Counted from the stretch's first letter, positions 18,647 through 29,822 are shown. The stretch: 64,000 nucleotides of DNA from a virus (IMGVR_UViG_3300027302_000005:1-64000), one strand, 5' to 3'. Program-made: numbers and translations. The notes: generated by a model from the letters alone, not told the origin.

Positions 18647-19657
18647 ATGTCTCGTGTGCTGCTTGACGATGAGTTGTTCTCATCAATTGATTTGTCTAAA
18701 CGTACAGTGGTGATTGATGCTGACACTTTGTTGTTTCAAGCAGCCGTTTGTCAGCAAAAGACAACCTACCTTGTAACACACAATCAGTCTGGCAACGGTG
18801 GGTGGTTTGTAGAGAACAAGAGGCAATTCAAGGAATGGCTACTAACTGAAGAAGCTGAAGGGTTTACTGAAGAGGATTACACACTCTCACCTGTCACGAC
18901 ATTGCATGGCGAGATTAGCTACGCTTGCCACACGTTCAAACAACGTATTGAAGAGGTTGTCCGTAACACTGGTGCAGACGATTTCCGTATCTGTATTCAA
19001 GGAAGTGATAATTTTCGAAAACACAAGGAATCTAAGTACGTTCGCTACAAGGCAAACAGGTCAGGTGATAAGCCAATTTTGCTAAAAGAGCTTGCTGAAT
19101 GGGTGAAGGTGAAGTACAAAGATAAGTGTCTTGTATCTAAGGGGGAGGAAAGTGACGATGTTGTGACACGATTCTCTTACTGGTTCCTGAAGCAAGCAAA
19201 ATCTCGTGACCAATACAAAGCTGTTATTGCTTTTGTTGATAAAGATATTGCAGCCAATCATGTCGGGTGGAGCTACAACTACAACAAACCTGAAGACGGG
19301 GTGTGGTGGAATAGCAAGAAAGATATGCAATTCAATCACTGTATGATGGTGCTAACAGGAGATGCAGCAGATAACGTTACAGGACTTGGTAAGCTATCAC
19401 CTCAGATTATTGAGAAATACAGCCTGCGCTCTACCAAAGGGGTTGGTAAGGTTAGTGCTGAAGCTATTCTTTCTGGCGCTGAAACTGAAAAAGAAAGGTG
19501 GGAAAGGATTATTGAAGCTTACAGAGCTTCGTGGCCTGAAGACGGAATGAAACGTCTTGAAGAAATGAACTGGTTTATGTGGCTTCGTCGTACAGAAGAA
19601 GAAGATTTCTGTTTAGATAAGTATCTTACTAAAATTGGAGTAGAGATGAATGTTTGA
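18647..19657 (+). CDS. 5'-3' exonuclease (T7 gp6/FEN-like)
   Basis: VIDADTL, NFRK..YKANR, ESDD, DKD, GDAADNVTG, GVGKVSA. Confidence 0.92.
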   Translation: MSRVLLDDELFSSIDLSKRTVVIDADTLLFQAAVCQQKTTYLVTHNQSGNGGWFVENKRQFKEWLLTEEAEGFTEEDYTLSPVTTLHGEISYACHTFKQRIEEVVRNTGADDFRICIQGSDNFRKHKESKYVRYKANRSGDKPILLKELAEWVKVKYKDKCLVSKGEESDDVVTRFSYWFLKQAKSRDQYKAVIAFVDKDIAANHVGWSYNYNKPEDGVWWNSKKDMQFNHCMMVLTGDAADNVTGLGKLSPQIIEKYSLRSTKGVGKVSAEAILSGAETEKERWERIIEAYRASWPEDGMKRLEEMNWFMWLRRTEEEDFCLDKYLTKIGVEMNV

Positions 19658-19988
19658 AACAATCGAAGAAACGCTACACACGTTTGAAGATGGCCTAGAC
19701 TTAGCAGATGTCCTTGCTGTCCTACAACAAATCCAAGCTGAAACCCAAGGGAAATATATCAGTATTGATATACGGACTAATGAATACACAGACTATGATT
19801 ACGTTGTACACCAGATTCAAGTGATCGGTACTCGTCTTTCTACAAAAGAGGAAGAAGAACGAAACCGAAAGCGTTATGCTGAATACCTGACTGGCACTCT
19901 TGAGTCAACGGTTAGGAACCTAATCGACACAGATGCAGAGATTGCTAAAACTGTATTGGAGAAGCTACAGAGTGATTATTTCAAGTAA
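19650..19988 (+). CDS. hypothetical protein
   Basis: Overlaps the exonuclease stop. Confidence 0.6.
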   Translation: MFETIEETLHTFEDGLDLADVLAVLQQIQAETQGKYISIDIRTNEYTDYDYVVHQIQVIGTRLSTKEEEERNRKRYAEYLTGTLESTVRNLIDTDAEIAKTVLEKLQSDYFK

Positions 19989-20218
19989 TAAAGTGTATGT
20001 AGCACGTACACTTGACGGGAAAGATATTGTTGCTCGGAAGGTGAATGTTTCTGGTGATGCAACGTTGTGGGCTTGGTTCCACAAGCAATCTCCCGTCTCA
20101 CCAGCATTGCCAGAGAATGTTCTGAAGCTGCAAAGTGAGATTGTTCAAGGGACATTCCGAGAAGGTTGGTGTACTGAGACGGTTTATGATATTGTGGATG
20201 AAAATAAAGGAGAGGAAA

Positions 20219-20815
20219 TTGACTAAAAAGAAAGAACAAGAAGATAAGTTTTATTACGAACCTTGGAATGATACTGCTATCTGGAAAACCAAAGCAGAGT
20301 TTTTCAAGTATATTCGTGGTACTTTGCGTATGGGGTGGAAAAGGTATCCTTTAAAAATTGAATACCGTAATTCCATGACCATCCCCAACTTTGAAGGAAG
20401 TGGTGTGACGAATCCTAAAGTAAAGAAAGTTGGGCAATGTGACATCTGCAAGAACTGGTTTGCTCAGTCGGCTCTGGAATCAGACCATATCAAACCTTGC
20501 GGTACAATTCGAGATTGGGAGACAGCGGGGCAGTTCCTCCATAACATGTTTTGCGATAAATCCAATATCCGTCTTTTGTGTCAGGTTTGCCATGGCCATG
20601 TCACTTACGCAGAACGAATGAAAATGTCAATGGAAGATGCCATTATCGAGAAACAATGTGTAGCCTTTGGTAAGCTCTCAGCTTCAGACCAAGCTGCCAA
20701 GTTTCGTGAAGTTGGGATAGACCCAACCGAATACAGCACCAAGGAAAAGCGTAGGGATAGGTGGCGTGAACATCTTAAATCTTTAGACAAAGAGAAGAGT
20801 TATGAAAATCATTGA
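20219..20815 (+). CDS. HNH endonuclease (replication-module type)
   Basis: CDIC...ESDHIKPCG...NIRLLCQVCH; likely TTG start after GGAGAGG. Confidence 0.85.
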   Translation: MTKKKEQEDKFYYEPWNDTAIWKTKAEFFKYIRGTLRMGWKRYPLKIEYRNSMTIPNFEGSGVTNPKVKKVGQCDICKNWFAQSALESDHIKPCGTIRDWETAGQFLHNMFCDKSNIRLLCQVCHGHVTYAERMKMSMEDAIIEKQCVAFGKLSASDQAAKFREVGIDPTEYSTKEKRRDRWREHLKSLDKEKSYENH

Positions 20816-21016
20816 CCGACAGATATTCCCGTTATCTGTGTTAAAAGATTGTTACACTGTTGCTAGAACTGACAAGAAGATAATGGAATTGCTTGGGCTT
20901 TCTACAGACATTCCATTACCAAGTAATCAGCGCATCTATCATTTCTGTTTATATGAGCAAGGGATTGTTGTTGCAGAGCTATATCAATTTGATGACAAAG
21001 AGGACTGAGACACAAT

Positions 21017-21961
21017 ATGAAAATTGAACAACCTGAATGGGTGCAAGAATACTTCCATCTTATTGACAACGGCTTCAGTCAACGGGGGGCTGCTGCTGTA
21101 CTAGGTATTCCACGAACTACAATCCAAGACTACTTGAAACGTGTTGAACGTAACAAAGAGATGGCAAGCAATACCAAACCTAAAGGAATGCGCGTGCTTC
21201 TCGTGGATTTGGAGAGCGCACCAACTTTAGCTTACGTGTGGCGACGTTGGAAGCAGAACATCGGTAGTAACCAAGTTGAGAAAGAAGGGAGCTACATGCT
21301 CACAGCAGCTTGGAAATGGCTTGGTGAAGATGAGATGCACTGTGCTTTCGCCAAAGACCCGGTTGAGGGGGATGATAGCAATATCTGTGCATTGTTATAT
21401 GAAGCTATTGAAAACTCAGACGTGATTGTGGCTCACAATCTCAATGGGTTCGATTATCCAATCCTGAATGCTCGGATGATTCAGAACGGCTTCCCGCCAA
21501 TGAAAACCGTCAAGAAGGTTGATACGCTTGCAATTGCAAAGAAGAACTTTCGATTTAACACGAACAAGTTGGATGACTTGGGTAAGTATCTGGGTGTTGG
21601 ACGTAAGATTGAGACTGGTGGGTTTGAGCTTTGGCACAAGACAATCAAAGGAGACAATGAGGCATTCTGTCAGATGATGGACTATAACAAGCAAGATGTT
21701 CTGTTGCTTGAGCAAGTTTATCTAAAGCTTCGTGCCTTTGACACCAATCCAGCAGCTAATGCTGGCCACTACTACGAAGATAACCTTAGTCGCTGTCCTG
21801 TGTGCGGAAGCAGTGAAGTTGTGGAAACAGGAAACAATGTCTACACACCCGTAAGCCGCTTTGCTGAGATGATTTGTAACGATTGTGGGCATCGTAGCCG
21901 TCAACGACACAATATCAGTGACATCGAGAAGCGCAGAGGAATGCTCATCACACCTAAATAA
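21017..21961 (+). CDS. RNase H-fold (DnaQ/YprB-like) 3'-5' exonuclease with N-terminal HTH and C-terminal Zn ribbon
   Basis: VDLESAP, AHNLNGFDYP, DTLAIAK, YNKQDV; CPVCGS/CNDCG. Confidence 0.88.
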   Translation: MKIEQPEWVQEYFHLIDNGFSQRGAAAVLGIPRTTIQDYLKRVERNKEMASNTKPKGMRVLLVDLESAPTLAYVWRRWKQNIGSNQVEKEGSYMLTAAWKWLGEDEMHCAFAKDPVEGDDSNICALLYEAIENSDVIVAHNLNGFDYPILNARMIQNGFPPMKTVKKVDTLAIAKKNFRFNTNKLDDLGKYLGVGRKIETGGFELWHKTIKGDNEAFCQMMDYNKQDVLLLEQVYLKLRAFDTNPAANAGHYYEDNLSRCPVCGSSEVVETGNNVYTPVSRFAEMICNDCGHRSRQRHNISDIEKRRGMLITPK

Positions 21962-22088
21962 AGTCCAATTTTCTGTACACTACCCCCTAAAACAGCACAT
22001 AATGGTCAATAAAGAGGCCATTATGCTGCTTCATCTATCGAACATATCCCTTCGATATGCCCCATCTGTAAATCTTTTCTCAAAGCTG

Positions 22089-22117
22089 TTGACACATATC
22101 TTCCTTTTCAGTAAACT
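22089..22117 (+). promoter_or_regulatory. sigma70 promoter TTGACA-N17-TAAACT
   Basis: Read directly. Confidence 0.7.
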
Positions 22118-22150
22118 CCCCTTATCGAAACAAACAACGCGAGAAGAACA

Positions 22151-22507
22151 ATGTACACAATCTCATTCTCAGCAACATTCCCTGAAGATTTCTATCAAGA
22201 AATCAAGACAACATTTCTTGAGAAGAAGCTATCTTGGCGAAGCATTGATTCTGTTGGGTTGACAATGTGGCAATCAATGGCATTTCGTCGATTTGCAAAT
22301 CACCGAGACAGCTATTACATTGGTGGAAACTACGGAGAGAAGGACACAACACTATTTCAAGATGCTAATTGTTGTGTTACAATGACCTGTACAATTCCGG
22401 CAGAATACAATGAGGAATTTAAGATGCTGTTACAACAGTTCCTTATTAGTTGTGCTGATGATTTTGATCTCTATGTGAACAAAGGGGAAGAATATGAACA
22501 AGTTTAA
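22151..22507 (+). CDS. hypothetical protein
   Basis: Downstream of promoter. Confidence 0.65.
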   Translation: MYTISFSATFPEDFYQEIKTTFLEKKLSWRSIDSVGLTMWQSMAFRRFANHRDSYYIGGNYGEKDTTLFQDANCCVTMTCTIPAEYNEEFKMLLQQFLISCADDFDLYVNKGEEYEQV

Positions 22508-23129
22508 AGTCGGGGATAAGGTGGAACTGAAGCACGACACTTACGGCTTTCTAGCAAAGGCTGGATTTCGTATGGGCAAGGTGTATACAGTTAAAGAGGT
22601 GGACACTGAAACTGATCGGGTATATGTCAAAGAAACTCTTGGTTGTATACATTACACTCATTTTGAACTTTACAAAGAACCAACTCAGGAGAAACAACCA
22701 ATGAAAACCAAACACATCCCTTTCAGTGAAGATTCATGGACAAAGAACAGAACGTGTAGCGTATTCTGGAAGCCTACGAATACAGTGATTCTCTATTTTA
22801 ACCGTTGGTTAGATGGGCATGATAGCCGATTCATTGGTGTGTGTAAAGCAACTGAATCAGAATACTGTGCAACAACTTTTAGCCAGTACGACTTTTCCAA
22901 CATGGAACTGGAAATCCCCGTAACAACCAAGCGTATTCCGTTTGATGCTAGTCGGAAAGATGCGAAGGTGCTGCTTGCTCATGCAAACAGTCGGGTTGAA
23001 TTGATTGAATGGGTACAGATGGAAAAGAGTAGCGTTGTAGTCGGGGTTACTGAAGATAAGCTAGATTGCGGTGGGTTTTTCACCGCAATATATCACCCTA
23101 ATGATCTTGAAATGGAAATTGAAGAATAA
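22494..23129 (+). CDS. hypothetical protein with N-terminal KFKVGDKV (SH3-like) domain
   Basis: Motif; operon packing. Confidence 0.7.
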   Translation: MNKFKVGDKVELKHDTYGFLAKAGFRMGKVYTVKEVDTETDRVYVKETLGCIHYTHFELYKEPTQEKQPMKTKHIPFSEDSWTKNRTCSVFWKPTNTVILYFNRWLDGHDSRFIGVCKATESEYCATTFSQYDFSNMELEIPVTTKRIPFDASRKDAKVLLAHANSRVELIEWVQMEKSSVVVGVTEDKLDCGGFFTAIYHPNDLEMEIEE

Positions 23130-23365
23130 TGTCTGACACAATTTCCTTTACATTGCGACATCACATACAGTATGATGTTGTCAATGCAACAGCGTATGAA
23201 CGTGATATTATTCTAGCTGAATTGAATGGAAAGAAAGTTGAACAACAATTCAATTCAACAGTGGAAGCTCTTATTTGGTTGGTAGAACAAACCACTGGAA
23301 AAAATGTTAAAATCAAACATTATTTCAGTGGCCCTTTTAAGCAGGAGAAGAAAGAAGATGAATGA
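23129..23365 (+). CDS. hypothetical protein
   Basis: TAATG overlap. Confidence 0.6.
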   Translation: MSDTISFTLRHHIQYDVVNATAYERDIILAELNGKKVEQQFNSTVEALIWLVEQTTGKNVKIKHYFSGPFKQEKKEDE

Positions 23366-23915
23366 CTTCAAGGTTGGGGATATTGTAGTTTGGAATGGAA
23401 TGTGTGGTGACAAAACATTTGAAATTGGTAAAAAGGGAAAGGTTATGGAGTATTACACTACACATGACGTAGATTTTTTAAGGGTTGATGTTGCTGGATA
23501 CCAAGACTCTTACTTTGCTTGGCGTTGGGATTTGGTTTCACCAGAAACTACGATTTCAACCACTGTTGAAACAGAGCAACCCACTGAAACCAAAGCTACA
23601 CAAACAGGTGGAAGCACACCAAACCAATATCGTCTTTCTATCAACCTCCCTTTGACAGAAGATCGTACACAATACGTTGATGTTGATCTTGAAGCAATGG
23701 ATGTTATTGATGCTTTGGATTTGTCTGGTAATCTGAAAGATGTTCAGAAAGCCTTGTTCCGTATGGGGAAGAAAGATGGAACGCCAGAAACATATGATTT
23801 CAACAAGTGCATCTTCTTCTTGTTGCGGGAGATGAAGAAACGTGGCATTATTAGTCATGGGAAGTTTTGGGAAGCTACTAAAGCTATTGATGAAGTGCTG
23901 AGTAAATGTGAATGA
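23358..23915 (+). CDS. SH3-like domain fused to a DUF3310 (T7 gp1.7-like) domain
   Basis: GGSTPNQY...EAMDVIDAL...KALFRMGKKDG..YDFNKCIFF. Confidence 0.65.
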   Translation: MNDFKVGDIVVWNGMCGDKTFEIGKKGKVMEYYTTHDVDFLRVDVAGYQDSYFAWRWDLVSPETTISTTVETEQPTETKATQTGGSTPNQYRLSINLPLTEDRTQYVDVDLEAMDVIDALDLSGNLKDVQKALFRMGKKDGTPETYDFNKCIFFLLREMKKRGIISHGKFWEATKAIDEVLSKCE

Positions 23916-24181
23916 AAACCTATAATTACATCCCCTACCAAGAGTATTGTCCGATTGATTGCACTGTAGAATATCGTCGGAAATACAATGTTGGGGATGT
24001 GTTCGAGAATAAAGCTAAGTGCTTGTCATGCGGGGATGTGATTACATCAAAGCATGTACATGATTTTGTCTGGTGTAGTTGTGGGAAGTTGGGTGTTGAT
24101 GGGGGTAGCCACTATGCTAAGCGTAATTTCCAGAATGTTGATGGGTGGGAAGAGATGTCTGTTGCATATGAAAATGTGTAA
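23912..24181 (+). CDS. zinc-finger hypothetical protein
   Basis: NKAKCLSCGDVITS.HVHDFVWCSCG...VDGG. Confidence 0.75.
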   Translation: MKTYNYIPYQEYCPIDCTVEYRRKYNVGDVFENKAKCLSCGDVITSKHVHDFVWCSCGKLGVDGGSHYAKRNFQNVDGWEEMSVAYENV

Positions 24182-24223
24182 TGGTATAATTATTTTCCGG
24201 TACGGTGAAATAGGAGAAAGTTA

Positions 24224-24736
24224 ATGCGGAAGTATGGGCTAAAAGAATTTGAAGAGGATATTGCTTTCTTCAACGAAGCATGTGGTGTGGCGTCTTACGA
24301 TGAAGACAGTAAGCCAGAAGATGTGTATCAAGGTGTTCTAAGGCAATACAACATCATTCAAGAAGAACTGAATGAACTCAAACATGCTGCTGAAACACAA
24401 GACGAAACAGAAATGTTGGATGCTGTTGTCGATGTCCTATTCACATCCTTACGGTTGGTTAGTCTACTTGATAAGCGTTACAATATAATGGCTGGATGTA
24501 AAGCTGTTGCAGAGAACAACGCTTTAAAATATACAAGCAGTAAAGATAGAGCGAGACAGTGGCAGATGACTAAGAAAGAGAAAACGATTGACTGTGAATT
24601 AGTTGAAACTAACGTATTTACAGGCTATGATTGTGGAACGGACTATGACACCTACTATTGCATCAAGAACGCAAAAGGTAAGGTGCTGAAGTATGAAGGA
24701 TTCCCTCAGGTTGATTTAAGCGTTATGAGGAACTGA
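24224..24736 (+). CDS. MazG-like nucleoside triphosphate pyrophosphohydrolase
   Basis: IQEELNEL...EMLDAVVDVLF...NALK...GKVLK. Confidence 0.8.
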   Translation: MRKYGLKEFEEDIAFFNEACGVASYDEDSKPEDVYQGVLRQYNIIQEELNELKHAAETQDETEMLDAVVDVLFTSLRLVSLLDKRYNIMAGCKAVAENNALKYTSSKDRARQWQMTKKEKTIDCELVETNVFTGYDCGTDYDTYYCIKNAKGKVLKYEGFPQVDLSVMRN

Positions 24737-25538
24737 AAAATGTCATTTGATGGGTTTACCGGAGCAATGCTTGTGCTGCTTGCGATGTTTTTCCTGATGT
24801 TGGGGTTTGCTTTTAGTGAAACTGCAACCCTAGATGACTGTGTTTCTATGGGTAAAACACGCATTCAAGGAAAGGTTTACATCTGTTATCCAGAACAACG
24901 GAAAGAGAATAATGCAACAGAAAACTGAAATTGACAACGAATTGGTTGGTTGGCTATATGCTGAAGCTATGAATCTTTGTGCTGTAGCCAATCGTGTTGA
25001 AAATACATGGTTCAGAGAATCTCCGCAGATGAAAGATGACGTGGCTTCGCTACGGAACATTCTGAACCAGTTTAATATGATTCTTTACGGGAAGAAATAT
25101 GATGCGTGATTTCATTGACGTATATGTTGGAAAAGATGTAATGTGGTTTGGTTGTCGCTGTGTTGTTACAGAGATTATTGAACATATTGGGGGCAACCAT
25201 GAAGTATCGCTATCGCTCAATGGGCGAGTGTATTGGGATTATCTTAGTGAGCTTGAAGAGGTGGAATAAAATGGCTGAGACAAAACGCATCATTGTGAGA
25301 ATTACCCTACCAGATGAAAGCGGCTGGACGTTGGAAGATGTCTGCGACGAATTAGAATCAGCCCTTTCTGATGTTGCTGACTATACAGGTGCTGTGGTGG
25401 AGTTTAATTAATTGGGAAGAACAATCCGTAAATCTGAGATTGATGAATACATTTCAGAAGCAGAGGCACGAAAACAAGTCAAGCTGAAGAAGCAGGCTAC
25501 CAAGGAAACACGCAACAAGCGTAAAGAGAAGAAACAAT

Positions 25539-25928
25539 ATGACACAGACATTGAACAATAACGATATTGTTGTAGAACAATGTTGGTATGACAAGGCTAG
25601 TGCCTATCGGGAATGTCCTACTGGTTGGCAACACATTGCAAAGCAAGTGGAAGCCGTGTTGCTTGCTGAAGGGTGTGATGTTGAACAGATGAAAGAGAAG
25701 TTTGGTGAGTTGCGTGTCTACTACATTGAACCGCCAGAATGGGATGATTTGACACAGGATGGATACGAAGATAAGCTTGTTCAGATTGACACATTGATTG
25801 AGATAGCCGATCATGTGTGCCAGCGAACGTGTATGGTTTGTGGAGAAACTGGCGAAGAGCGGGTACACTTTGGTTGGATTGAAGTGTTGTGTGATGAACA
25901 TTGGAATGAATTGAATAAGGGGAATTAA
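25539..25928 (+). CDS. hypothetical protein (QMKEKFGELRVY...CMVCG motif)
   Basis: Recognisable widespread phage motif. Confidence 0.75.
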   Translation: MTQTLNNNDIVVEQCWYDKASAYRECPTGWQHIAKQVEAVLLAEGCDVEQMKEKFGELRVYYIEPPEWDDLTQDGYEDKLVQIDTLIEIADHVCQRTCMVCGETGEERVHFGWIEVLCDEHWNELNKGN

Positions 25929-25930
25929 GA

Positions 25931-26584
25931 TTGTACAATTTCATTAAAGTAAGGGCTATTGGTGTTACACAACCACTGGTAGATTTCATTCCCAACAGTG
26001 AAGGGATTATTAGCTACGCAGCGCGTGTAAGCGCCCCTAACAACCAGACAAACTTTGAGACAGCAGATAAGCTACTTGGTTATTGTGCTAAAAATGCACA
26101 TTGGAGTGTTTTTGAAACGTGTAGCATCACAATGGAAATTGAAGCTCCTCGTGACATTTGCCGCCAGATTCTTCGACATCGAAGCTTTAGTTTTCAGGAA
26201 TTTAGCCAACGTTATGCAGAAGCTGCTAAGTTTTGTTATCGGGATGTTCGCCTGCAAGACCACAAGAACCGACAGAATAGTATTGCAACTGACGATGAAG
26301 AACTGAAGGCTTGGTGGAATGAGGAACAGGAATGGTTGATTGGTCACATCTCTCGCCTGTATGAAGATGCTATTGCTAAGGGTATTGCAAAGGAAGTGGC
26401 TCGTGTTCTCTTGCCAGAGGGGTTGACAATGAGCAAGATGTACATGCAAGGAAGTGTACGTAGTTGGATGCACTACATCAACCTACGTTCAGATAACGGA
26501 ACACAACTGGAACATTGCGATGTGGCACTGAAAGCAAAAGAAGAATTTATCAAATTGTTCCCATCTTTGGAGAAGTTTGTATGA
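25931..26584 (+). CDS. thyX: flavin-dependent thymidylate synthase
   Basis: HWSVFE, RQILRHRSFSFQEFSQRY, KEVARVLLP, TQLEH. Confidence 0.97.
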   Translation: MYNFIKVRAIGVTQPLVDFIPNSEGIISYAARVSAPNNQTNFETADKLLGYCAKNAHWSVFETCSITMEIEAPRDICRQILRHRSFSFQEFSQRYAEAAKFCYRDVRLQDHKNRQNSIATDDEELKAWWNEEQEWLIGHISRLYEDAIAKGIAKEVARVLLPEGLTMSKMYMQGSVRSWMHYINLRSDNGTQLEHCDVALKAKEEFIKLFPSLEKFV

Positions 26585-26952
26585 CACGGTTAGTTAGTTT
26601 TAAGAACATCAGCCTGAGTGACCTCATAAGGTGTCCCGGTTATGACGGAACTGAAGCAAAGACAAAAGAACTGTTGTGGCAGCTTGGTGTAGATACGAAG
26701 CATGAAATAGAAATTTTAGTGGTTCAACACAGAAATATGCAGAATCAAGTAGTCACTTGTGAATACTACATGGGACGGGAACGTACCGACCGTGAGTACA
26801 TTCAATCAGGACATGCCAGTATTGAAGCATTGTATGCCAGTAAACCTGATGCAGAATTGCAGAAGGACATGATTAAGATGAGTCGGCAAGGGCAAGGAAG
26901 TAGGGAGTTTAAGATTAACAAGAGCGATAAGAACAAGGGGATGGATGAATGA
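26581..26952 (+). CDS. hypothetical protein
   Basis: ATGA overlap with thyX. Confidence 0.7.
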   Translation: MTRLVSFKNISLSDLIRCPGYDGTEAKTKELLWQLGVDTKHEIEILVVQHRNMQNQVVTCEYYMGRERTDREYIQSGHASIEALYASKPDAELQKDMIKMSRQGQGSREFKINKSDKNKGMDE

Positions 26953-28814
26953 CAATGAAAGGGAATAATTCGGTTGTAGAATATAACGGCATCATCATTG
27001 ACAACTCACGAAACAACATCATCCCTGAAAAGGGATTGGCAATGCTGACAGCTAAAGGGTTTTACAAGAAAGACCATGAGGATAGCCCGCAACAGTCATT
27101 TGCCCGCGCAGCAGCGTGTTATTGCTTCGGGGATTATGAGTTCGCACAACGCATCTATGATTATGCAAGTAAGCAGTGGTTTACAAATGCAAGTCCTGTT
27201 CTGAGTAATGCTGTAGATGTTGATTGGCCTACATTCACTAAGGAACAGTTTGAAGAAGCAGGTGACTGGTTGGAACGGAATGTTGAACCAGACGGGATGC
27301 CAATTTCTTGCTTCCTTGTCGAAATTCCTGATAACAAACGCGGGATTGTAAACAGCCGTACTGAAACAGCTTGGTTGTCTATGATGGGTGGGGGAGTTGG
27401 GGTGTATGCAGCCAACCGCTCTCCAGATGAGAAGAGTACAGGAGCAATGTCTCATCTTCGTGGATATGATGCTGATACGCTCTCATACAAGCAGACAGCA
27501 AGCCGACGAGGGAGCATTGCAGCGTATCTTGATGTAACACATCCTGAGATTATGCAATTCATTGAGATGCGTAATCCTGTAGGTGGAGATGCAAACAAGA
27601 AATGCTTCAATCTTAATAACGCTGTAAATATTCCAGATTCGTTTATGGAAGCTGTTATCAATGAACAAGAATATGAGCTAGTTGACCCCAAGCATGGCCC
27701 TACAGGGCGTAAGCTGAAAGCAACTGAAGTGTTCGAGAAGATTCTTGAAATGCGTTTTGAAACGGGTGAGCCGTATATTCATTTTATTGATACGACTAAT
27801 CGTTCATTGCCGAATCAGATTAAGAATCCGCTATACAAGGTGAAACAGTCCAATTTATGCAGTGAAGTGACGCTAATGACTTCAGAGAAGCGTACAGCAG
27901 TTTGTTGTCTGTCTTCTCTGAATCTTGAGAAATATGACGAATGGAAAGACACTAATATTGTAGCTGACCTTGTTCGCTACCTTGACAATGTACTGGAATA
28001 CTTCATTCGTCTTGCACCTCCTGAATTGCAGAAGGCTGTCTATTCTGCATCAAAGGAGAGGGCTATTGGTTTGGGAACTCTCGGTTTCCATTCCTACTTG
28101 CAAAGTAAGCTGATTCCGTTTGATAGCGGTGGATACAACAGTGCTGCACAACAGACAAGCATCATCTACGGACGAATCAAGCGCGAAGCTGAAGCTGCTT
28201 CTATGCAATTGGCTCTTGAACGTGGTGAGGCTCCAGATTGTGTTGGTAGTGGGTTCAGGAACAGTCATTTGTTAGCGATTGCTCCTAACGCTTCATCTGC
28301 CGATATTGTTGGTGCAAGCCCAAGCGTTGAGCCTTGGAGTAGTAATGCTTTCAATAGTCAAGGACGTGCTGGCTCATTCCTTATCAAGAACAGGTATCTT
28401 GAACGGGAGCTTGAGAAAGAAGGAATGAACACCAAGGAAATCTGGGATAGCATTATTGCTAATGAAGGTAGTTGTCAGCATCTAAAAGGGTTGTCTGAAG
28501 AAGTGAAGGCTGTATTCAAAACCTTTGAAGAGATTAACCCAATGTGGGTGGTGGAGTTGGCAGCTATTCGACAGCAGTTTATCTGCCAGAGCCAGAGTAT
28601 TAACATCAAGGTTCCTAGCGATATTACACTGGAAGAGATGGCCGATATTCACATTGCTGCATGGAAGAAAGGGTTGAAAACGTTGTACTATTGCCGATCT
28701 AAAGCTGCTAATAAGGCTAGTGTCGGGACAGGGCAAGAAACCCCACTGAATGCTGTTCCAGTACGACAGAAGATTGAGTATGATGAGACAACCTGCCTTT
28801 CGTGTCAGGGCTAA
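26949..28814 (+). CDS. nrdA: class Ia ribonucleotide reductase alpha subunit (no ATP cone)
   Basis: ISCFL, SNLCSE, AVCCLSS, IAPNASS, TLYYCR, C-terminal CLSC. Confidence 0.96.
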   Translation: MTMKGNNSVVEYNGIIIDNSRNNIIPEKGLAMLTAKGFYKKDHEDSPQQSFARAAACYCFGDYEFAQRIYDYASKQWFTNASPVLSNAVDVDWPTFTKEQFEEAGDWLERNVEPDGMPISCFLVEIPDNKRGIVNSRTETAWLSMMGGGVGVYAANRSPDEKSTGAMSHLRGYDADTLSYKQTASRRGSIAAYLDVTHPEIMQFIEMRNPVGGDANKKCFNLNNAVNIPDSFMEAVINEQEYELVDPKHGPTGRKLKATEVFEKILEMRFETGEPYIHFIDTTNRSLPNQIKNPLYKVKQSNLCSEVTLMTSEKRTAVCCLSSLNLEKYDEWKDTNIVADLVRYLDNVLEYFIRLAPPELQKAVYSASKERAIGLGTLGFHSYLQSKLIPFDSGGYNSAAQQTSIIYGRIKREAEAASMQLALERGEAPDCVGSGFRNSHLLAIAPNASSADIVGASPSVEPWSSNAFNSQGRAGSFLIKNRYLERELEKEGMNTKEIWDSIIANEGSCQHLKGLSEEVKAVFKTFEEINPMWVVELAAIRQQFICQSQSINIKVPSDITLEEMADIHIAAWKKGLKTLYYCRSKAANKASVGTGQETPLNAVPVRQKIEYDETTCLSCQG

Positions 28815-28825
28815 GGAGAATAAGA

Positions 28826-29818
28826 TTGTCAGTGTTTAAAGAAAGTGCTTCATACCGCCCATTCACATATCCTTGGGCAATGGAAGCAAGTAAGAAACAT
28901 GCAGTAGAGATGTTCTGGGATGTGCATCAATTAGATTTACAAGATGACTTGCGTCAGTACAATACAGTTGGTGGACTCGCTACAAAGAATGTAAGTCACG
29001 AAACAAACAAGTATATCATTGACCAGTTGCTTTGTGTATTTACTGAAATGGACAAAACCGTTGCAAGCGGATATATTCAGTTGTTGCCATACATTAAGAA
29101 CAATGAAGCTCGTACTTGGTTCTTGACAGCAGCGCAGCGAGAGACGGTTCATCAGCGTGGATATGCCTTGGCTGCTGAGACGTTTGGATTCTCTGATAAG
29201 GATTGGAGTAAGTTTGCTGAATACGCTGAAATGCGTGAGAAGCTAGATGCAATGACTGCTGAAAACCTGAATGGACGAGACGAATATAAGGCTGCTGTCA
29301 TCTTGGCTACAATTCTGCTAGGGGAGGGCATTGGCTTGTTTGGTGCGTTTGCTTGTTTGTTGAATTACAAGCGCCAAGGTTTGATCATGGGCTTTAATGA
29401 TGTCAACCAATGGTCGTTAAGCGACGAACAAGACCATGTGACGCAAAACATTCGCTGGCTGGAAGAGATGCGTAAGGACTTGACTGAAGCTGAGAATTGG
29501 CAACTTAACAAGGTTATTCGTCAAGTTGTACATCGCTTTGTTGAAGCTGAACATCGTTTTATTGAACTTGTCTACTCTCTTGGTCAACAAGAAGACATGA
29601 CAGAAGAACAGTTGAAACAATACATCACATTCTTAGGTCAATTGCGGTTGTTCCAGTTGGATTTGCTGAGCCTTGAGGAAGTTCCTACGAATCCGCTTGA
29701 TTGGATGGAGTGGATGTTGTCTGCCGGTAAACATGATGCTTTCTTTGAGAAGCGCGTTACGGACTACTCTCATCGTAAACTAGATGGGAAAGTGGATTAC
29801 AGTAAATACCGTAAATAA
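28826..29818 (+). CDS. nrdB: class Ia ribonucleotide reductase beta subunit (likely TTG start)
   Basis: Di-iron ligands and radical Tyr: FTEMD, ETVHQRGY, EGIGLF, DEQDH; FFEKRVTDY. Confidence 0.95.
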   Translation: MSVFKESASYRPFTYPWAMEASKKHAVEMFWDVHQLDLQDDLRQYNTVGGLATKNVSHETNKYIIDQLLCVFTEMDKTVASGYIQLLPYIKNNEARTWFLTAAQRETVHQRGYALAAETFGFSDKDWSKFAEYAEMREKLDAMTAENLNGRDEYKAAVILATILLGEGIGLFGAFACLLNYKRQGLIMGFNDVNQWSLSDEQDHVTQNIRWLEEMRKDLTEAENWQLNKVIRQVVHRFVEAEHRFIELVYSLGQQEDMTEEQLKQYITFLGQLRLFQLDLLSLEEVPTNPLDWMEWMLSAGKHDAFFEKRVTDYSHRKLDGKVDYSKYRK

Positions 29819-29822
29819 CTTG

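Noticed and set aside
26949-29818. Introns or inteins in nrdA/nrdB, or a metal-free NrdB
   Set aside because: Both ORFs are continuous and of normal length, and all di-iron ligands and the radical Tyr are present.
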